A stretch of 63,375 nucleotides of DNA, filler included, from Pelomyxa schiedti (GCA_020536535.1; 8 parts of 8 records of this genome joined end to end with filler, not necessarily neighbours in it), one strand, 5' to 3'. Shown: positions 1-11,871, numbered from the whole stretch's first letter. Notes: generated by a model from the letters alone, not told the origin. Program-made: numbers and translations.

Positions 1-308
1 CGTGAAAGAGTGTAGAAAGTCCGATCGGACCCAAATCGACAAAAACAAAAAAATGGTCCAGGCTGTGCCTGATTTTTTTGGGGTGGGAAGCACATTGGTG
101 TGTCTGTTGGCCGTTGGCGTGGTGCAAACTGTGTGCACACTGTTTTCCCAGAAAAACGCTCGTTTTTTGATCGTGTGCACACCGAAAAAGTTTGGGCAGT
201 CCCAACACTCGGTGCCGATCGTCAACTTCCACACCGCCATCACTTCCCTGAAAAAAACAACCGAGGGGTATTTTGATCAGCAAGAGATGGCAACGCCAGA
301 TCACACCA

Positions 309-1102
309 TGCCGACGTTCACCGCGTCGTCGACACGAACGAGATGCCATCGGTCGTCGTGGGGCACCTCGTATCTGGCCGCATGGCCGCAGTCCATGTGC
401 AACGCAAAATGGGCATGACCCTCCCATAGTCGACGAAAAGTGCAGCCCACGTTGGCTGTTGCGCCGTTGCCGGTGGTTATGGTGACGTGGAGGCAGCATT
501 TGGCAGATCTGTTCTGCCCTTCTGCTTGCAGATGTTTCGACAAGTCAGTCGACAGCGAGGTCATTCTGTTGATGTGGACACTCTCCAGTGAGAGCAGCAG
601 AGCCAGTATTTATGTTGTTGACGTGGAGCAGACGTACAACAGCAGGAGGCTTGTTCTGCTGAGCACGACGACCTGGGAATCGCCGAGTGGGCACTCGCTC
701 AAAAACCTGCATGTCATGAGGAACTGGCTATGGGTCGCGCACTTTCCTTGTGAAGACCATATGGATGAGTGGTTCACACCGTGATGTTTTCCTGGTGGAG
801 GAATCAACAGCCACTTCCAGGTGCCTCGACTGACGCGATGACAACGTGGGTGATGTATCGCCTGTCTGATTCACTGTTCTGTGTGTCATTCTTCTCAAAC
901 AACCAATCACACTCAGATCCAGCGAGTCACACATCAGTGATGCCGACACATTGCTGTTGAGAGAGAGGCAGGATTCGTCTTCAAGGTGTCCACGAGCAGC
1001 AGTGTGGAGGTCATTGAGCCAACATCAGGTCATGTTGTCCTCACACTCAGTTTTCCTGGTTTGCAGTTGTTTTGTGCTGTACCCTCCTCAGTCTTCTTGT
1101 GA
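309..1102 (+). pseudogene. Degenerate copy of lineage-specific family A
   Basis: Family motifs are split over 3 frames: NAKWA then TGA (416-418); VDVEQTYNSRRLVLLSTTT...VMRNW (ORF 440-784); DVFLVEESTATSR then TGA; YRLSDSLFCVSF (ORF 769-960); VEVIEPTSGHVVLTLSFPG...VFL* ending at 1102. Confidence 0.75.
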
Positions 1103-1283
1103 CGAAACCAAGAAAAATTTGGTTTATGCTCTTCACAAGGTAGTAACTATAAAACTTTGTGAACATCCTCAGATGATTCCACCACAAACAGGGGCTACTG
1201 CGATTAAAACACAAAGTGCGCCACCGTGAACAGTTACGATTGTATCTGTTGACACTTTCTTTTTTTTCCTTCTTGAATAACAG

Positions 1284-2510
1284 TCAACAGAAACAAGAGA
1301 AAGGTGATCTGTTGAGGTAAAGATCTTGGAACTCAGGAAAATTGAATGTGATAAGAAGTAAGCCTGATGTTGGTTCCACAACCTCAATCACGTTTGGAAA
1401 CAACTTGAAAAGGAATCCTGACCGCCCTGTACCACGCAAGTAACCTTGTTGGAATAGTGTGCCCTTGCCTGATGGCACCTGTTGAACTTTTTGTGCCACA
1501 TTGTCGCGGTCAAAGAGCTTGAATGACCCACGTTGCTTTTTAGCAGAACTTGAGACACCAAACACTGAGTCAGACAGCCGAAACAGCTGATCACAATTGT
1601 CACAACGAGTTACAGTTGAGGAACTCGATCCCTCAGCGAAGTGGACTATTTCGTTGCTACTCTTCTGCACAATAAAAGTGCGGGATCCATAAGCAGGAGA
1701 CTGTTGGTCCCAGTTCCTCAACACAACAAGAGAGAAATACATGATGTTGGGATTGTGTAAGTCACACCTGGTTGTGCTCAACAGTGCCAACCTCTTGGTG
1801 TCGCACGTCTGCTCCATGTCAACAGCCAACACCACAACAGCTCTCTCTGCGATTTGGGCAATAATAACCTCGCAACAAACAGACTGGTCCATGTAAGGGT
1901 GAATTGCAACGCAACCAGGTTCCACCACTGGAATGTCCACAACAACAAGGTGCTCCAAATCACAGCAGGCACCATCACACCAAATCCCACGTCCCTTCAC
2001 TGGTGCAACACTCAGAGTCGCAGCAGTTTCTTTGCGGTTGTGGTAAGAAGACACCGATGCCATCCACTTGCTGTTGAATGCGCCCGTTGTGAAGTGTGTC
2101 CCACTGGCAGAGGAGGGTGTCCTGGGCGTGAGCTGCGGGATCATTACAGTGTAAATGGTGCTGAACCACCTTTTGTCGGTGGCCAGTGCTGGGCCGTGAG
2201 AGAGGCTCATCAACAGAGGCGAGACTGTGAACCACAGCGTGAAGTCGGTCGAGTCGGTTGTTCTGCGGTAGTACCCATGCAGGTCCAGCACGAAAAGTGT
2301 GATTGTGGGACGGACCCAGTCGGACCACAGCACGCGGACGAACGTGGCGGCGTGGCCGCGTCCCATAACCCGCTGCATCGCGCTGCCCCGGCCACACCGC
2401 GCGACCATTGCTCCTGCTGCCAACGTTCCAATTTGGTTGCGCGTTGTCAGTCCGCCAAGTGGGGTCACATCGCGGCAGTAGCCGCCCATCATCACCTTCC
2501 ACGATGCCAT
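1284..2510 (-). CDS. Family A hypothetical protein (intact, intronless)
   Basis: ATG at 2510 (MASWKV); motifs TRNQIGTLAAG, AMQRVMGRGHA, LWSDWVRPTI, NSKW, VDMEQT, RNWD, YGSRTFI, FRLSDSVF, IEVVEPTSG...TFNFP shared with six other copies. Confidence 0.85.
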   Translation of the reverse strand: MASWKVMMGGYCRDVTPLGGLTTRNQIGTLAAGAMVARCGRGSAMQRVMGRGHAATFVRVLWSDWVRPTITLFVLDLHGYYRRTTDSTDFTLWFTVSPLLMSLSHGPALATDKRWFSTIYTVMIPQLTPRTPSSASGTHFTTGAFNSKWMASVSSYHNRKETAATLSVAPVKGRGIWCDGACCDLEHLVVVDIPVVEPGCVAIHPYMDQSVCCEVIIAQIAERAVVVLAVDMEQTCDTKRLALLSTTRCDLHNPNIMYFSLVVLRNWDQQSPAYGSRTFIVQKSSNEIVHFAEGSSSSTVTRCDNCDQLFRLSDSVFGVSSSAKKQRGSFKLFDRDNVAQKVQQVPSGKGTLFQQGYLRGTGRSGFLFKLFPNVIEVVEPTSGLLLITFNFPEFQDLYLNRSPFSCFC

Positions 2511-2774
2511 CAGATCTCTCAAGTTTTCAACTGATGAAAAATTTCATGTGAAACACTCCTTCTGCATCACGAAGCGTACCTCCTTGTTGCTGGAATCACA
2601 GTCATATCCTAATCTTAGGCGACCAAGTTTGTTTCAACTTGCCATCAAAACAGGAGAACAAGTCAAGGAACCGGGTTGGCCAACTTGGGGTTCTGGGCTC
2701 TTTTAAACAATTTTACAAGTTTTCCTATCAACACACAGACAAATAGGTACTTTGAAGACGCATCACATAAAAAA

Positions 2775-3875
2775 ATGCAAGGAATGTTCGATGTTAATCC
2801 CACCTCACGAAACAACACCCACAAGCCGACAATAATACGTCAGCGTAGGCGAGGCACCGAGAGACACAATTGTGGGAGGCAGCGAGTTGGGCGGGACCGC
2901 GACAGCGGCGTGCCGTTCGAATCGGCGGACGAAGCGACAAAGTCGTACGTACGCAGGGTCCTTTTCCGCGACATCTCCACCCAACAGATCCTCCCAGTGT
3001 GGCTGCGCCCAGTGACCACCAACGGAAACGCCACGACGGCGGGAGAAGAGGATTATGGGACTCTGATGATTCCACTCTCTGGTTCATTCTCTCCCTGTTC
3101 TTTTTCTTCCTCCTCTGTTTTGTATTCCAAACACATCCAGCCATCCCTGTGCCAAGTTGAAAAAACCCCTGTTCAGTACAGCACCGGCCAACACACCTCA
3201 TCCTCATCCACCCCAACGGACAGTGCAACAAGCTCCCTTGATGATGTTGTTGGCCGTGTCGTATCGTGGGCTCAGTCTCAGCAGCAGGAAAACCACCTGC
3301 CAAAGACTGCCGCGAAGCTGGAGAATGGGATTGCCAAGATGTGCAGTGCTATTGTGTATGTTGACCCGAAGGTAATATTTTACCACTTGCTGGTCAACAG
3401 GGTCCTGCTGATCACTGTTGGGAGCGATAGTACCGTCAGCACATTCGTACCTAATCCGGCTTGCACTGTCACCAAACAAAATTTCGTTGGTCTCCTGCCA
3501 CATAATTCTAATTCTTCCGCTACTACTACGACCAACACCGCTAACAACAATAGCACCGCCTCCGCAAAGATGAGCAGAGCTGATTTGTTCTCTGATGACT
3601 TCATGGCCTCCTTTTGGAAGTGCGTTGACTGGGTCAAAACCGCTAAGTTCATGCCGTACAAAATGGAGCCACTCTTAAAGTGCCTCTCTCAGGTGTGCGC
3701 AATCAGGCACCAGGTAAACCCCCGTGACGTTGTGACTGAATTGTTCAAGAGGGGGTATATCTCCACAAACTACAGTACAACCACAACAACCACAGCGAGC
3801 TCTGACACAGAGCCATCACTTCAATTGTACTCTCCTGGGGAGAATATTCCAAATCTACTTGACTACAGCCCCTAG
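2775..3875 (+). CDS. Hypothetical protein, S/T-rich linkers, no recognised domain
   Basis: 399-codon ORF; first in-frame ATG at 2775; protein-like blocks (VVGRVVSWAQ...LPKTAAKLENGIAKMC...VDPKVIFYHLL). Confidence 0.6.
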   Translation: MQGMFDVNPTSRNNTHKPTIIRQRRRGTERHNCGRQRVGRDRDSGVPFESADEATKSYVRRVLFRDISTQQILPVWLRPVTTNGNATTAGEEDYGTLMIPLSGSFSPCSFSSSSVLYSKHIQPSLCQVEKTPVQYSTGQHTSSSSTPTDSATSSLDDVVGRVVSWAQSQQQENHLPKTAAKLENGIAKMCSAIVYVDPKVIFYHLLVNRVLLITVGSDSTVSTFVPNPACTVTKQNFVGLLPHNSNSSATTTTNTANNNSTASAKMSRADLFSDDFMASFWKCVDWVKTAKFMPYKMEPLLKCLSQVCAIRHQVNPRDVVTELFKRGYISTNYSTTTTTTASSDTEPSLQLYSPGENIPNLLDYSP

Positions 3876-3929
3876 TTAAATAACACCCATTTGTTCAATA
3901 AAATTTTTACAAGTTGAGTGTTTTTCTTT

Positions 3930-4102
3930 TCCTTCACAAGACCAAATAACTCAAACACAACAATACCAACAATACGTCATTCAATTTTGAAACGGAGATC
4001 GAATAAATAGAACGGCAAGAGATTCACCAAAGCTAAGATTGACACCTTTGGCACCATTAGCCTGTGTAGCATAGTCGCTATTGCGAGCGTAGTGTAGGGT
4101 AA
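3930..4102. repeat. Dispersed repeat R, rearranged copy
   Basis: 3930-4000 matches 27791-27890 in forward sense (ccttcacaagaccaaataactcaaac...ttgaaacggagatc). 4008-4102 matches the flanking parts of the 27754-28003 copy in reverse sense (gcaagagattcaccaaagctaag...gtagcat; agtcgctatt.cgagcgt.gtgtag). Confidence 0.85.
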
Positions 4103-4205
4103 TCCGTCACTGTGGTTACAGCATTTTGACATAAAAACACCCAACCATTTTACATTTTTTTCTGTGCGACTCCCATTAACAATAAGCTTGGTCCAAAAGG
4201 TACAA

Positions 4206-5495
4206 ATGGCAAGGTGGAATGTGGACGTGACCAAGTGCGTTGACTCGACACCACCTGCCGGGCTCACTACGCGCGGACAACTTGGCGCGCTCGCCACAGG
4301 TGCGACGGTCGTGCGGTGCGGCGGGGGCAGCGCGATGCAGCGAGTTATGGGACGCGGCCACGCCACCTCGCTGGTCCGCGTGCTGTGGTCTGACTGGGTC
4401 CGTCCCACAATCAAGCTTTTCATCGTCGAAGTCTCGAGCTCACTGCAGGAAGTTCGCCACACCCTGTTGTTCACAGTCTCCCCTCTTCTCCTGAGCATCA
4501 CCTGTGGACCACAATTATGGGCCCCACGGTCACACCACAACCCAGGGACGTGGATTGACGCCGGGCACCGCTACGCGAGGAGGGAGTCAAATCCTAATGA
4601 TGGGACATTCTTGGCACTCAGGGATGTGCACTCTCGATCCTGCACACAGGTTGCAGTAAGTGGAACAACCGAAATTGGAACCGTGTTTGGGTATGCTGTG
4701 AACTCCAAATGGGCTGCTGTTGTGAGATACAGGCAGGGGCCGGTGATGTTGACTGTAGCACCCTTGAGGACCACGAGCTCAAGGGACCATCCTGCTTCTG
4801 TTGTTGTTGAAATGCCAATGGCTGTGGTGCGGGAATCTCACTTGGTACGGCTGTTCATGGACCCCTCTGTTGACAGTGAGGTCGCTGTCACCCCATTCTA
4901 CCAGAACAAGGCAGTGATCCTCGTCGTTGACATGGAGCAAACCTACAAAAGCAAGAGTTTGGTGCTGCTAAGCACAACGCGGTGCGCATTCCCGTTGGGC
5001 CACTTTGCGTCTCTTGTTGTGCTGCGGAACTGGGATTATGGGTCCCAAGGGTATGGCTCACGCACATTCATTGCAAGTACACTGTTGGACTATTCCCTCA
5101 CCGAGTTATTCCACGTGGAGGAAGGAACTGGGTTGACCACACACATTGCACGGAATGGTGACTATGTTACCAATCTGTTTCGCCTGTCCAGTTCACGGTT
5201 CTGTGTGTCATTCATCTCAGAGAAGTTCCAAGGATCGTTCAGTATTTTCCACCGTGACAACGTGGCACAACCACTGAATCTGCCAGTGGCCCAGACCAAC
5301 AACACTCCACACCCCAAGTGTTACCACAGGCCTCAGAAGTTCTTCACATCAGCAGAGTCGGGGCTCATCTTCAAGGGGTTTGACAGCAGGATTGAGGTCA
5401 TTGAACCAACAACGGGGTTGCTCCTCATCACCATAAATTTTCCTGGTTTCACTTCCTTCAGCCTGACAACACCCTTCTCATGCTTCTTGGACTGA
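4206..5495 (+). CDS. Family A hypothetical protein (intact)
   Basis: ATG at 4206 (MARWNVDVT); full set of family A motifs through IEVIEPTTG...TINFPG...PFSCFLD*. Confidence 0.87.
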   Translation: MARWNVDVTKCVDSTPPAGLTTRGQLGALATGATVVRCGGGSAMQRVMGRGHATSLVRVLWSDWVRPTIKLFIVEVSSSLQEVRHTLLFTVSPLLLSITCGPQLWAPRSHHNPGTWIDAGHRYARRESNPNDGTFLALRDVHSRSCTQVAVSGTTEIGTVFGYAVNSKWAAVVRYRQGPVMLTVAPLRTTSSRDHPASVVVEMPMAVVRESHLVRLFMDPSVDSEVAVTPFYQNKAVILVVDMEQTYKSKSLVLLSTTRCAFPLGHFASLVVLRNWDYGSQGYGSRTFIASTLLDYSLTELFHVEEGTGLTTHIARNGDYVTNLFRLSSSRFCVSFISEKFQGSFSIFHRDNVAQPLNLPVAQTNNTPHPKCYHRPQKFFTSAESGLIFKGFDSRIEVIEPTTGLLLITINFPGFTSFSLTTPFSCFLD

Positions 5496-5561
5496 CCGGC
5501 AACAATGAATTTTTTTTTGTCATTGTTTAGTTTTTCGCCATTCTGCTAAAGCCTCTTTTCG

Positions 5562-7088
5562 ATGGGTGCGGCGCAGAGGCACGTGGCTGTACCACCCCCA
5601 CCACCATCGGAACCGGGTACTAGTGACAACAGTAGTAGGAAGAAGAGGAGCTGTCAGGTCGTGGACCAAAACTACAGTGGCATGATCAACGTGGAGGCGG
5701 TGATCTCTGGGGGGCGCCAGTGCGCGACTCTGCTGGTTGCTGTTTCGGGGTGCACCCAAAAAAGAAACAAGAGGGGTGAGGCAACACCTGCAACAACAAA
5801 AAGAGGAGCCAAGGGTGTTGGTGGCGTGAGGAGAGCGATGGTAGAGGATGACAGTTGTGATGACGGGGATGCCAAGGCATTGGAAAAGGGAGAGGGGGGA
5901 GGAGGAGCAGGAGGAGGAGAAACCGTCGGTGATGATGGTGGCAAGACACGGTGTTGGGCTGGGATGTTGACTCAATCGTTGGTGAGGTACATTGCCGACA
6001 ACTGGCTTTTGGACCACAGCAGGCGGGTGGTGTGCAACTTGAGGCTGCTGAACAGGGGCACTGGGCTCAGAGGCGATTTGCTGTGCGTGGTTGCGTGGAT
6101 TTCTTCTTGCCTGGGTGTTGTTGGGACCCCGACTGTGGTTCCTGGAAATTGCATTGTGGGGTGGATTGGTCCTGACCACGCTGCCTGCGTCGACGGGCTG
6201 TTCATGTACTGTGCTAATTTTGCCGGCGGTTCGTTCTTGCTCATTCATGACTTCGTTGTCACAAATCTCCTTTCTGCACTGTCTTCGGTGTGCACTCATT
6301 CATGGGTTATTATCGCATTCGTGAGCAGCGTTGTCATGTGGAAAGTTGTGGACAACGTTTGCACTGAGTACAAGTGCTTTTCTGTGCCCAAGTTTTCGTT
6401 CACTTCCATGAGGATGTTTCCTGGAAGCGACGACAAACTGTTGGTGCTTGGATCCTCACTCACAAGACTGGATTTGTCAGTTCTGGATTTGACAGAGACA
6501 CATGCAAAAGGGGCTCCTCAGTTCATACACAGGGAGGAAATTGTGATGCACAGTCGACACAATGAGAGCCCACCAGGACCACCATCTTGCTTCTTCATTT
6601 CAGGTGTAACTGAGAACCAAGTTTCAGTCAGAGTCCCTATTGTGATTATTGCCGGTAAACTCTCGGTCACACCTTGCAGGATTGTCAAGAACAACAACAG
6701 GAACAGGCACCCCGTGGAAGTGTCACCCTCAGTCACCACTGTCAGGGCTTGTGATGACTCACACTTGTGCTTCACACCTTCGAGTGATCCCCATTCCCTC
6801 TGCATCTGCAACGTCGAACACCCATTTGATGGAGCTGTGACACACACGATTCAGTCAAATTTCCAGGTGATATTCAATTCTGGGATGATGTTTCTTTTGG
6901 AGGATGTCACCTCCAGCACCACCACCAGAAGTTCGCAACAACCAGCCAGCAACCACAACAGAAGTAAAAAAAAAGGTGGTTCCGTGCCACTGCACACAAT
7001 CAAGCTCATTGATCCACTCACAGGAACACACATTCTCACAATCAGGGTTTCACAGCCGTGCCACTTTTATCACTTTAGCCCATCATAG
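5562..7088 (+). CDS. Family B hypothetical protein (distant relative of family A; beta-rich C-terminus)
   Basis: 508-aa ORF; shares KLLVLG, PxCFFI, VPxxxxxG, xDDSHxxF, HP, SG(M/V)M and LI(D/H)PL blocks with 10582-11871. Confidence 0.8.
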   Translation: MGAAQRHVAVPPPPPSEPGTSDNSSRKKRSCQVVDQNYSGMINVEAVISGGRQCATLLVAVSGCTQKRNKRGEATPATTKRGAKGVGGVRRAMVEDDSCDDGDAKALEKGEGGGGAGGGETVGDDGGKTRCWAGMLTQSLVRYIADNWLLDHSRRVVCNLRLLNRGTGLRGDLLCVVAWISSCLGVVGTPTVVPGNCIVGWIGPDHAACVDGLFMYCANFAGGSFLLIHDFVVTNLLSALSSVCTHSWVIIAFVSSVVMWKVVDNVCTEYKCFSVPKFSFTSMRMFPGSDDKLLVLGSSLTRLDLSVLDLTETHAKGAPQFIHREEIVMHSRHNESPPGPPSCFFISGVTENQVSVRVPIVIIAGKLSVTPCRIVKNNNRNRHPVEVSPSVTTVRACDDSHLCFTPSSDPHSLCICNVEHPFDGAVTHTIQSNFQVIFNSGMMFLLEDVTSSTTTRSSQQPASNHNRSKKKGGSVPLHTIKLIDPLTGTHILTIRVSQPCHFYHFSPS

Positions 7089-7477
7089 AAGCCACAATCA
7101 CTGGAAATTTGCTGTTTGATTGTTTTAAGGTTTTGGGTCTATTCAGGAGATGATACCGAAGCAGCGGTAAAAGATACAACAAAACACAACGTTTTAAATT
7201 ACACCCCAAACCAATCTGATTCTGTGGTTTCCTTCCTCAGCCACGATGATCTCGTTTTTGTCGGTCACAGCAACACCACAGGGCCACTTGAAGTCACACA
7301 TGAGAGGGTCACTCCCGTTCCTGTGTCCCCAAAGTCCTGTACCTGCCAGCCTTTTTATGATTGGCTTCTCTTTTGGTCCTTTTTGAGTTGATTTGCGTTA
7401 GAATTTAATTTCGTTATTAACTTTAATTTATAATTTTTATAATAATTATTTAATATAATTATGATTATAAAGGTATT

Positions 7478-10426
7478 TTAATTTACTATGTTGGATGGGT
7501 ACTTGCCTAACTGTGACACCAAACACAGGCAGTTGTTGTACCGGTCGGAAACAATCAACTCGCCTTTGGGAGAAGCACAAAGCATCAAGAATGACCGGAA
7601 CTTGTGTGGCCTTGTGCGGGAAGTTGCTGGAAGTGGTTCCGGCTTGGCTGAAACAACCCTTGGATCAGACCGGCACACTGTGGTGACCCTGCCTGTCATT
7701 CTGTTGGTGCCGGCGTTGTATGTGAGGTTGTCAGTGCGCCGTATCCCGTTGCTGTCTGATATGAATAGTCTGGTGCTTCCCGGCTCCGGCGGGATTGATG
7801 CAATCGAAACCGGGTGGGAGAACCTGGCCTGTGTATGTTCACCATCAACAAACCCTTCTATTGAGCCCCAATGGTTGATTTCTTGGCCTTAATTGAGGTT
7901 AGCATTTTGAAAAAAACCGTGGGCCGAAACCGGTGTCTCTGCCAATCCACGTTATGCTGTGCCTTCCTTGATCGGCAACGACAATATTCTCTGTGGGATC
8001 GAGAGCTATTCCAACAGGAAGATCGAGGGTGGATGCTCCAATGGTTACAACCTTTTCTTGTCATGTTAGTGAACTTCCACCACTCCACTGTATCATCATA
8101 CCAGAACTCATAATTATCATTCTGAGCTTGTTGTTTATCTGGTCAGAAACAAGGATGTTTCCCTGCAGGTCAAAAGTCACCGACGATGGACTGTTGAATT
8201 GTGCAGTGCGAATGTCTCCATCAACGTGTCCAGGTACACCAGGTTGCCCAGCAATCGTTGTCACAAATCCTTTTTTTTCAATTGGTTACTTCTGACTGTG
8301 GAAAAAGGGGAAACCTTGGAAAATTTGTCTGATGCAATGGTTATCTCTGTCAGCAACTACAATATTACCCTTTGGTCCAATTGCAACCCCAAATGGCCGC
8401 CGAAATTTGGCTTGTAACGCAGGCCCATCGACGTAGCCGGGAAGGCCAGTTCCAGCAAGAGTCATAACACCAGAAGGTGTTGTATGTGATTCCAACTGTT
8501 GTCTACTTTGGTTATGTCAGCTCTTCGATAGCATTTTCATTTGGCGCATTACAGTGATATTGCCATTTTAAATTGAGGTGGGTCCAGGGGTTTCACAGCA
8601 TCCAAACTCCTACATAAATACTTGTGAGTAACCGAAGTAAATGAATTGTTGCCCCCAAACCCTTGGGACTGACATAGCTCTGATCTGGTCAAACATTGCT
8701 CGCAGGTGTGATACATCCCCTTTCTTTCTGTTACAAAGCTTGATTTCCTTCAGGAGAAACACTGTGTGGAGTTACTGGGCAAACTGGAAATTTTGGTTTT
8801 TACATAAAGCTGCAAAGATATTCCTTTTAGCCGTGGTATCCTTACTGATACAGTATAACAGGTCGGAAGGATGTGAAAAGTCCTCTTGCTGCCTGGCCTT
8901 CAATTTTTTTCGCATTTCCGCCGTTTCTTCTATCACCCTGAAATCTTCATCCCGAAGTTTCCTGAGTGCCCCGGTAATTTCTGGGTGCTAATGATGAAAA
9001 TTCTCCGTACATGAGATTGACTTACCAGTAAATTTTTCTGCAGAGCGTAGACTTTGAAAGGAATGCCCTGTGTGCTTATCACTATTCATGCAATCCACAC
9101 ACATCATCACTTTGCAGTTGTCGCACATATACTCCAGAAGGGGTCTGGTGCAATGTGTGGGACATTGCTGCATTTGTCTGAGCTTACGAGTTTCAAGGCT
9201 CAGGGAGCATGCCTGGGGTGAGTAAACAAAAAAGGAAAACCTGAGAAGCAAAATACCTTATGGGGATGGGTTCTATGCCGCAATGTGAAGCACTTTTCAC
9301 AAAATTTCATCGACTTGCAGGAAGGACAAACTTTGGTGGCTGGGGCTCCATTGCAGTCATCCCACCGCAAATCGCATTGCTTTTATTTTGTGAGTATTAG
9401 GTGGTTGGATGAGATACTCACTTGTTGAAGGGAAGCAATAGTATCATCTATTTCCGTGCTCGTACTTAGGTTCATTCCGTCAACTTTGGTGTTGTTATCA
9501 CAACAATGAAGAAAACAGAAAAGCAAGTAAGAGGAACTTGGGTTTACATACTTGCAATCGCTGTGGGACAACACTTGTAGGGGCACAAAACACCTACGAC
9601 TGGAATGCCATTTTCCTGGTGATCTTCATCATAATCTCCTAAACACTTTTACAAACTGACTTCCATGTAACCACCCATATAGCCCTATTTAATTAACATT
9701 AAATACAACCACAAACTGGCTTCCTCACCTCTTGAAAAAACAAAAAAACAAAAAAACAAAAAAACAAAAAAACAAAAAAACAAAAAAACAAAAAAACAAA
9801 AAAACAAAAAAACAAAAAAACAAAAACCTAAAAACCTAAAAACGAAAAACGAAAAGAGCCACAACAATACCATCTCCGCCAGAAATCAATCCACCACCAC
9901 CTCTCATAATAGCCCCCTTGTCCCCCTCGCCCTCTCCTCCCCCTCCCCCTCGCCCTCCCCACACCCGCGACGCCCCTTCCCCCACGACCTCGTGCATGCG
10001 CGCCAGGTACTCCCACGAGGCCAGGGCCCGCGCGCACCCCCGGCACACGGTGTGCCCGCAGCTCAGCTCCACAGGGTCCCGCTGCACCCCCAGGCACACC
10101 CCGCACACCCACCGCACGCACCCCAGCCCACCCAGCGCACCGCTCCCAGGCGCCCCGCCGCATGCCCCGCCCCCGCCCCCGCCGCTGCTGCACGCGCCCC
10201 CCGTGGTGGTGGTGGTGGACCACACGACGTGGGGTAGGGCCCCCGGGGCGGGCGCGTCCGCCGAGGGAGGGGCTGTGGATACCGAAGTCTGCCCGGGAAC
10301 CAACGCAGAAGCTGACCCCTGCATGAATGCACGCGTAGAAAAGTTGGTGGTCCTTCCACGAACTTGTGTTTCGATCACCAGGACATGAAAGCGCCTGAGG
10401 TTTGTTTTTCCCTTCTTGATGGTCAT
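7478..10426 (-). CDS. TRIM-NHL-like protein: RING, B-box1, B-box2, coiled coil, NHL repeats (multi-exon)
   Basis: RING CGVCLGVQRDPVELSCGHTVCRGC (~10040-10110) completed by CPYKC in the next exon. B-box1 exon QCDLRWDDCNGAPATKVCPSCKSMKFCEKCFTLRH (~9260-9380). B-box2 CPTHCTRPLLEYMCDNCKVMMCVDCMNSDKHTGH. NHL repeats LAGTGLPGYVDGPALQAKFRRPFGVAIGPKGNIVVADRDNHCIRQI, IAGQPGVPGHVDGDIRTAQFNSPSSVTFDLQGNILVSDQINNKLR, GELIVSDRYNNCL. GT-AG junctions fit. Confidence 0.82.
9735..9852. repeat. (CAAAAAAA)n simple repeat in TRIM-NHL intron
   Basis: About 11 perfect 8-mer units followed by degenerate units. Confidence 0.95.
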
Positions 10427-10581
10427 TGTTAGGTGTCGGTGTTCTGTGACAGTGTTGCCTCCGACATATTCATCTAACTCTCATCTAATCTAGCTTTCAC
10501 ATTTCGATCTCTCTGAGATCCAAGAGTTTTCCTGGAAGATGGATATGAAATATAAAATAATAGTGTGGGGACCCGCTATTG

Positions 10582-11871
10582 ATGGGTAGCTCCAACGCAC
10601 ACCCCACGTCGACTGCACAAAACACACAGAGCTCCCCTGGTATTGTTGTTGCCTCCCTGTCGGCGCGGTCGCAGTGCCTGGCGCTCCTTTGCGATTGCTG
10701 CCTGCCCCGCGATCTCCCCAAAAAGGGCCAACAACGGCCTAGTCGTCGCGGTCGACACTCGCGAGCCGCGACCCTCACGCCATCTGTTGTCGAGTACCTG
10801 GCCCACGGGTGGGTCATGAAAACACAGACCACGGTGACTTGCAATCTGAACGTGACACTTGTGCAACAAGGCACTAATATCCATTACGGGCAGGAGACGA
10901 GCGTGGTCGTGAGGCTGTCATTCACGCTGGGAGTGGTGGGCGAGCCAGCAGTCGTTGTTGGGAAGAAAATTGTGGGATGGACGGCACCAGGTGTGGCTGT
11001 GGCTCTGGATTCTGAAAGACGTACCATTCATTGTGACACTGTTGAGAATTTGGTCCATGGCACACAGGCAAGTGGTGCAGATTTCAGGCAGATTGGAAGG
11101 AGTCCTTTTAGGTGCAATGAGAGGTGGGTTGTTGTTCTCAGTTACCAGGACGGTGGCTGCCTATTCTTGTGGAAGGTGGATGAGACCACTGGAATTCTCT
11201 TGAATGTTGACTCTCCAGTACGTGTTCCAGCCAATGGGCAACTCTTTGATGGATGCTGGAGGTTGTTACCAGGAAGCAACAAGTTGCTTGTGCTGGGACA
11301 CTCTCAGATGAGACTCTGTGTTCTCGACCTGTTGGCCACGTACACATTGCACAAGCCTGTATGGAGACGGAGTCAAATGCTCACAATTGATAAACCAAGT
11401 CCTACATGCGCTCCAACTTGCTTCTTCATCCAGAAAAAGAGGCGGGACAAGGGAACAACAAAATCAAAAAGAGAGATTGAAGTACAAGTACCTGTTCTCG
11501 TTGTAACTGGCCAACCATCCTTCACACCATGCCACATTTTCCACAGCTCCAACAGCAAGACCAAGACTGTGGCTCCGGTTACACCCTGGGCAACCAGCCT
11601 CACCCAGGTCGATGACTCCCACTACGCCTTCGCGACCAATAGATGTGAAGACGGCGTGACCATCAGGGACATACATCACCCCTACCGTGACAACCCTACA
11701 CAATACACCTTCCATCCGGGAGTCAAAATCGGATTCGATTGTGACAGCGGAGTTATGCTTGTTCACCACAACGGCCTTTCCACCGAGGTGAACCTCATTC
11801 ACCCACTTTGGCACTTCGACATTGCCACAATCACTTCCCCAAACCCTTCTTACCTCATTTTAACAACATAA
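10582..11871 (+). CDS. Family B hypothetical protein
   Basis: ATG at 10582; SARSQCLALL, YLAHGWV, LSFTLGVV, NERW, KLLVLG, DDSHYAF motifs; N-terminus closely similar to 28085-28300. Confidence 0.82.
   Translation: MGSSNAHPTSTAQNTQSSPGIVVASLSARSQCLALLCDCCLPRDLPKKGQQRPSRRGRHSRAATLTPSVVEYLAHGWVMKTQTTVTCNLNVTLVQQGTNIHYGQETSVVVRLSFTLGVVGEPAVVVGKKIVGWTAPGVAVALDSERRTIHCDTVENLVHGTQASGADFRQIGRSPFRCNERWVVVLSYQDGGCLFLWKVDETTGILLNVDSPVRVPANGQLFDGCWRLLPGSNKLLVLGHSQMRLCVLDLLATYTLHKPVWRRSQMLTIDKPSPTCAPTCFFIQKKRRDKGTTKSKREIEVQVPVLVVTGQPSFTPCHIFHSSNSKTKTVAPVTPWATSLTQVDDSHYAFATNRCEDGVTIRDIHHPYRDNPTQYTFHPGVKIGFDCDSGVMLVHHNGLSTEVNLIHPLWHFDIATITSPNPSYLILTT

Noticed and set aside
309-1102. In-frame TGA codons in a family A copy as possible stop-codon reassignment or readthrough
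   Set aside because: Intact genes here end at TGA and use TGG for Trp; this copy also carries frameshifts, so it is ordinary decay.
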